Origin: an uncultured Clostridium sp.
GTDB taxonomy: Bacteria > Bacillota > Clostridia > Christensenellales > CAG-138
Direction: 5' to 3'
Length of the DNA: 39,297 nucleotides
Assembly (NCBI GenBank): GCA_964414925.1
Contig: CAYPXV010000003.1
Span: 1-39,297, forward strand
In this document: positions 35,037 through 39,297 of the stretch, piece after piece
Position numbering within the stretch: the stretch's first letter is position 1
Layout: every line of letters starts with the position of its first letter
Translations under genes and position numbers: made by a program
The notes under the pieces: model-generated
The model's input: only the letters and a program-made list of their open reading frames with translations
The model's database searches: none
What the model was told of the DNA's origin: nothing

Positions 35037-36419
35037 TTCAAAAATCAAATGTTTTTTTGTTTGAGTACCAACTTTATCCGAAAGCAGAAGAACCGCCGCC
35101 AGATTAGGCACCGCCATCAAATAATTAAGCGTTTCTCCGAGCATCCATACAATTTCCACACCGCAAACAGAACCTATTATGCAAAAAAATGTGTAAAACA
35201 ATGAAAAAACACGTTCTGCTTTGTTATCGAATAAATATCTGATGCATTGGATTCCGTAAACAGACCAGCCGATTATCGAAGTGTATGCAAAGAGAAAGAT
35301 TGATACAGCCAGGAATATGCTCATTATTTTTCGGGGAAATGCTACCGAAAAGGCTTCTAAGACTATTTCAGTTCCCGAAACATTTGCCTGCCCATACGGA
35401 ATGTTTATACCGCTTGAAAGTAAAACCAGTGCTGTTATGCTGCAAACAACGATTGTATCGACAAACACTTCAAAAATACCGTATAAGCCTTGCTGCACAG
35501 AATCGGATGTTGTTGCACATGCATGCGCCATGGGTGCGGAACCTATTCCTGCCTCGTTGGAATAAATACCTTTTGAAATTCCTGTTCTCATAATACGAAG
35601 CAAACCGTAACCGACCACTCCGCCGCCAATCTGCTTCATTCCGAAAGCATTTGTGATTATGCTTAAAAATGCACTCGGTAAGTTGATTCTGAATTTATAA
35701 AGTGCAATCGTGCCTACAATCAAATACCCTGCAGCCATAAACGGAACTACATACCCTGATACACGGCTTATTCTGCTTGCACCGCCGAGAACTACGATTC
35801 CTACGAGGAATGCGATAATTAAACCGCAAACCAAACTTATAACTTTTGTATTTATTTGTACAGAAAATTCATTGATTAAATCAATGATACTCAATGTAAT
35901 TGTATTGGATTGCACCAGAGTTGTCCCTATTAATGCAGCTAAACAGCCGAATATCGCAAAAGCAACAGCCATAGGTTTTCCTAACTTTTTCAGTAAATAA
36001 CCATGGCGGTTAAAACCCTGTTCTATGTAAAACATTGCTCCGCCGATGTAACCGTCAGGTGTGCGTTTTCTGTACTCCAAAGCAAGAACTATTTCGGAAT
36101 ATTTCACGCCCATACCGATAAATGCAGCTACCCACATCCAAAATATGGCACCGGGACCACCCATAATTATCGCACCTGCAACACCGGCTATATTTGCAGT
36201 ACCTATTGAACCGCCAAGAGCGGTTGCCATAGCCTGAAAAGGTGTTATCCCATCAGTCGTTCGTTCTTTCTTTTTCTTAAATCCGAGGCATAAGCGTATG
36301 GATTTCCCGAGATGAGAAAGTTGGAACCAATTGTTCTTAAAAGAAAGTATTATTCCGCTAACCAATATTACTATCGAAAAAAATGTCTTAAAGCTAATCA
36401 TGCAATATCTTATGTGCAT
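35016..36419 (-). CDS. Alanine/glycine:cation (Na+) symporter, AGCS family
   Basis: GITPFQAMATALGGSIGTANIAGVAGAIIMGGPGAIFWMW is the signature AGCS region. The protein has about 11 TM helices. The start is uncertain (36419 or 36401). Confidence 0.88.
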   Translation of the reverse strand: MHIRYCMISFKTFFSIVILVSGIILSFKNNWFQLSHLGKSIRLCLGFKKKKERTTDGITPFQAMATALGGSIGTANIAGVAGAIIMGGPGAIFWMWVAAFIGMGVKYSEIVLALEYRKRTPDGYIGGAMFYIEQGFNRHGYLLKKLGKPMAVAFAIFGCLAALIGTTLVQSNTITLSIIDLINEFSVQINTKVISLVCGLIIAFLVGIVVLGGASRISRVSGYVVPFMAAGYLIVGTIALYKFRINLPSAFLSIITNAFGMKQIGGGVVGYGLLRIMRTGISKGIYSNEAGIGSAPMAHACATTSDSVQQGLYGIFEVFVDTIVVCSITALVLLSSGINIPYGQANVSGTEIVLEAFSVAFPRKIMSIFLAVSIFLFAYTSIIGWSVYGIQCIRYLFDNKAERVFSLFYTFFCIIGSVCGVEIVWMLGETLNYLMAVPNLAAVLLLSDKVGTQTKKHLIFELKMSRK

Positions 36420-36573
36420 TCGATGCCTGTTATTAGGATTGATTGCACGTAAAAGAAAATTATATTATTATAGAGGGCAATTTGAGATGGAAAATTTATC
36501 GTTTATCCCCTGCATTTAATTTAAGATGTAATAGTTATCGTGAAAAAATTGCACTTGATTTTTTGTCAGTTAT

Positions 36574-36582
36574 TGATAAAAT
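36574..36582 (+). promoter_or_regulatory. Extended -10 element (TGaTAAAAT) directly upstream of trmL
   Basis: Read directly. The ATG of trmL starts 7 nt after the -10, and no SD is present. Confidence 0.35.
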
Positions 36583-36588
36583 AATGGT

Positions 36589-37050
36589 ATGTTTAACATC
36601 GTACTTGTACAACCGGAGATTCCGCAAAACACGGGTAATATTTCGAGAACATGTGCTGTGACAGGCTGCGCACTGCATTTAGTGCGCCCTCTTGGGTTTT
36701 CTCTCGATGATAGATACCTCAAACGTGCGGGATTGGATTACTGGAATGAACTAAAAATATTTTACTATGATAGTTTTGAAGAACTTGAACAGAGGTATAA
36801 CGAAAGAACGTTTCATCTGTTTACGACTCATGCCGAAAAATGCTATTCCGACGTGAAATATAAGCCCGGTGATTTCCTCGTTTTCGGTAAAGAAACAGCG
36901 GGACTGGGTAAAGAAATAATCGGCAGGCGAAGTGAGGATTGCGTCAGGATACCCATGAGACAGGACTTGAGATCTTTGAATCTGTCAAATTCAGTTGCAA
37001 TAGCCGTTTATGAGGGATTTAGGCAAAATATGTTTGAAGGTCTCGTGTGA
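36589..37050 (+). CDS. trmL: tRNA (cytidine/uridine34-2'-O)-methyltransferase TrmL (SpoU/TrmH family)
   Basis: MFNIVLVQPEIPQNTGNISRTCAVTG...LKRAGLDYW aligns end-to-end with E. coli TrmL ([26 protein letters not shown]...). Confidence 0.9.
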   Translation: MFNIVLVQPEIPQNTGNISRTCAVTGCALHLVRPLGFSLDDRYLKRAGLDYWNELKIFYYDSFEELEQRYNERTFHLFTTHAEKCYSDVKYKPGDFLVFGKETAGLGKEIIGRRSEDCVRIPMRQDLRSLNLSNSVAIAVYEGFRQNMFEGLV

Positions 37051-37074
37051 TAAACGGATGATAGGTGGGAGAAT

Positions 37075-37710
37075 ATGAATACACTTGACATAATACTGAA
37101 AAGCAAAATAATAGCGATTGCCCGCGGTATTTACGGTAAAGAGCTTATTGATGCGGCAAAAGCTTTATATGAAGGCGGAATAAGAGCTTTTGAGGTAACG
37201 TTTGAACAAAACGGTTCAAACAAAAATACGGCAGACGCAATTTTCATGCTTAAAAGAGAGCTGCCCGATGAGTGTACAATCGGAGCGGGAACGGTACTTA
37301 ACGAAGAACAGCTTGAACAAGCTAAATCGGCAGGAGCAGAGTACATTGTTTCACCCAATGTTAATATAAAAGTTATTACAAAAACAAAACAACTCGGTCT
37401 TATATCTATTCCGGGTGCTATGACACCTTCTGAAGTGGTTGCGGCACATGAAGCAGGCGCAGATATAGTTAAGTTGTTTCCGGCAGGGGAGCTGGGTATT
37501 GCGTATTTTAAGGCAGTGAGAGCCCCGTTGAGTCATATAAGACTTGCCGCCGTTGCGGGTATAAATCACGGGAATATTGCCGAGTTTAAAAAAGCGGGTG
37601 CAAGTGCGTTCGGAATAAGTTCGGGTTTATTTATAAAGGCAGAGATTAAAAACGGAAATTATAATGCTTTAACCCGAAATGCAGCTAAATTCATCGATGA
37701 AATAAATTGA
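37075..37710 (+). CDS. eda: KDPG / 4-hydroxy-2-oxoglutarate aldolase (Eda family)
   Basis: Eda-like pattern IIAIARG...GGIRAFEVTF...IGAGTVL...AGAEYIVSPN...KLFPA, 211 aa. Confidence 0.85.
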   Translation: MNTLDIILKSKIIAIARGIYGKELIDAAKALYEGGIRAFEVTFEQNGSNKNTADAIFMLKRELPDECTIGAGTVLNEEQLEQAKSAGAEYIVSPNVNIKVITKTKQLGLISIPGAMTPSEVVAAHEAGADIVKLFPAGELGIAYFKAVRAPLSHIRLAAVAGINHGNIAEFKKAGASAFGISSGLFIKAEIKNGNYNALTRNAAKFIDEIN

Positions 37711-37736
37711 CGGCTTATTATATTTTTAAAATTCTG

Positions 37737-37765
37737 TTGCCGTTAATATTGTTTTGTACTATAAT
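37737..37765 (+). promoter_or_regulatory. Candidate glyA promoter (TTGCCG-17-TATAAT)
   Basis: Hexamers read directly, about 35 nt upstream of the GGAGG-ATG. Confidence 0.55.
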
Positions 37766-37802
37766 GCAGTTATAGAATTATGATAAACCTTTGGAGGTAT
37801 TT

Positions 37803-39047
37803 ATGATCCAGTTTGATTTGATTCGTGCAAATGACCCCGAGCTTTGCGGCTATATGGAGGAAGAGCTTGCACGTCAGCGCAGCCATCTCGAGCTTATTGC
37901 ATCCGAGAACTTCGTCAGTGAAACCGTCATGGCAGCTATGGGTAGCCATTTGACAAACAAGTATGCTGAGGGTTATCCCGGAAAGCGCTATTATGGCGGC
38001 TGCGAATGTGTTGATAAGGTAGAAAATCTGGCACGTGAACGTGTTAAGAAGATTTTCGGTGCGGAACATGCAAATGTTCAGCCGCATTCCGGAGCACAGG
38101 CAAACCTTTCCGTTTACTTTGCACTGCTTAACCCGGGCGATACCATTCTCGGTATGAACCTTAACCATGGCGGACATCTTACCCATGGCAGCCCCGTAAA
38201 TATGAGTGGTAAGTATTTCAATATCGTTCCTTACGGTGTCAGCGAAACCGATGAACAGATCGATTACGATGAACTGCGCAGGATTGCATGCGAATGCAAG
38301 CCCAAACTTATTGTTGCAGGCGCAAGCGCATATCCTCGTGCTATCCGTTTCGACTTGATTGCCGATATCGCTCATGAAGTAGGTGCCCTCTTTATGGTTG
38401 ATATGGCTCATATCGCAGGTCTGGTTGCAGCCGGCTTACATATGAATCCCGTTCCCTATGCCGATGTAGTTACCAGCACAACCCATAAGACCCTCCGCGG
38501 ACCCAGAGGCGGTATCATTCTTTGCAAAGAAGAACTTGCAAAGGCAATTGACAAGGGTATCTTCCCGGGCACTCAGGGTGGTCCTTTGATGCATACAATC
38601 GCAGCAAAAGCAGCTTGCTTCAATGAAGCATTGCAGCCCGAATTTAAACAGTACCAGCAGCAGGTAGTGAAAAACGCAAGCGTTCTTGCAGCAGAACTTC
38701 AGAATGCAGGTTTGAGAATTGTTTCCGGCGGTACGGATAATCATCTCATGCTCGTTGACTTGACAGCCAGCGGAAGAACAGGCAAAGAGGTTGAGGCACT
38801 TCTTGATATGGCTAACATCACCGTCAACAAGAATACCATCCCCTTTGAAACACGCAGTCCCTTCGTTACAAGCGGTATCCGTATCGGTACCCCCGCTCTT
38901 ACCACTCGCGGCTTCAATGAAGATGACATGAAGGTCATTGCACATCTGATTGCCAAGATAGTCTTTGACGGCGAAGATGCAGTTGAATATGTAAAGGCGG
39001 AAGTTGCTAAACTTACCGAAAAACATCCTCTTTATCCCGAAATCTAA
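37803..39047 (+). CDS. glyA: Serine hydroxymethyltransferase
   Basis: Canonical SHMT sequence, including the [15 protein letters not shown]-lysine motif. ATG at 37803 follows a GGAGG RBS. Confidence 0.97.
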   Translation: MIQFDLIRANDPELCGYMEEELARQRSHLELIASENFVSETVMAAMGSHLTNKYAEGYPGKRYYGGCECVDKVENLARERVKKIFGAEHANVQPHSGAQANLSVYFALLNPGDTILGMNLNHGGHLTHGSPVNMSGKYFNIVPYGVSETDEQIDYDELRRIACECKPKLIVAGASAYPRAIRFDLIADIAHEVGALFMVDMAHIAGLVAAGLHMNPVPYADVVTSTTHKTLRGPRGGIILCKEELAKAIDKGIFPGTQGGPLMHTIAAKAACFNEALQPEFKQYQQQVVKNASVLAAELQNAGLRIVSGGTDNHLMLVDLTASGRTGKEVEALLDMANITVNKNTIPFETRSPFVTSGIRIGTPALTTRGFNEDDMKVIAHLIAKIVFDGEDAVEYVKAEVAKLTEKHPLYPEI

Positions 39048-39076
39048 TTTGCCCGATTCGCTAAGCAATAAAAGTG

Positions 39077-39116
39077 TAGAGACATGGTTCGAGCCATGTC
39101 TCTATTCGGTTATTTG
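39077..39116 (+). terminator. Hairpin terminator after glyA
   Basis: An 11-bp perfect stem: TAGAGACATGG (39077-39087) pairs with CCATGTCTCTA (39094-39104). The U-tract is interrupted (TTCGGTTATTT). Confidence 0.6.
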
Positions 39117-39164
39117 AAATAAAATGTAAAAGAAACACGCCGATTTAATAACGATAAAAAATTG

Positions 39165-39193
39165 TTGACAATAATCGAACTTTGAGTTATAAT
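39165..39193 (+). promoter_or_regulatory. Consensus promoter for the tRNA gene (TTGACA-17-TATAAT)
   Basis: -35 at 39165-39170 and -10 at 39188-39193, 20 nt upstream of the tRNA 5' end. Confidence 0.6.
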
Positions 39194-39212
39194 ACCACTC
39201 GTCGAAAGAAAT

Positions 39213-39297
39213 GGACGGGTTCCCGAGCGGCCAAAGGGAGCGGACTGTAAATCCGTTGTCACAGACTACGATGGTTCGAATCCATCCCCGTCCACCA
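39213..39297 (+). tRNA. tRNA-Tyr (anticodon GTA), class II with a long variable arm and encoded CCA
   Basis: GGACGGG...CCCGTCC acceptor stem. Anticodon stem-loop GCGGA-CTGTAAA-TCCGT. Long variable arm and a GGTTCGAATCC T-loop. It ends in CCA at the window edge. Confidence 0.93.

Noticed and set aside
37770-39068. Two long minus-strand ORFs (213 and 210 aa) opposite glyA.
   Set aside because: They lie antisense to a highly conserved SHMT gene. Their Cys/Gly-rich odd composition is typical of shadow frames.

Overview
This is a low-GC Firmicutes chromosome segment, probably Clostridia of the Ruminococcaceae type (a dockerin module, a Spo0A-like domain, about 41% GC by eye). Most of it is core housekeeping. 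It contains plsX and the conserved ylxM-ffh-rpsP-KH-rimM-trmD-rplS-rbgA-rnhB-yraN block. It also contains gap, rlmI, a tdh-kbl threonine-to-glycine operon, trpS, an M29 aminopeptidase, pfk, a tmk-like gene, hflX, an alanine/Na+ symporter, trmL, eda, glyA and a tRNA-Tyr at the right edge. No rRNA, CRISPR array, transposase or integrase is visible. Four regions deserve a closer look.

- **7.4-14.0 kb:** a clear cobalamin riboswitch with its own terminator gates three secreted proteins. One is anchored by a dockerin, one by a C-terminal TM helix and one by a lipobox. Two carry DUF4430-like domains and one an alpha/alpha-toroid domain. A dedicated ECF transporter (T, fused A-A, S) follows. I read this as a multi-tier corrinoid-capture system and consider it the best candidate for a new system.
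- **17.5-23.5 kb:** a tightly coupled PHP phosphoesterase, a 1067-aa SF2/SNF2-like helicase and an orphan type IIA topoisomerase B subunit form one apparent operon.
- **29.7-31.3 kb:** a Spo0A C-terminal-domain paralogue with a degenerate receiver domain sits next to a small membrane protein.
- **33.1-34.9 kb:** HflX carries an N-terminal extension of about 185 aa with an intact JAB/MPN HxHx7Sx2D motif.

All calls rest on motif reading of the supplied translations and on manual inspection of intergenic DNA. No database search was possible.
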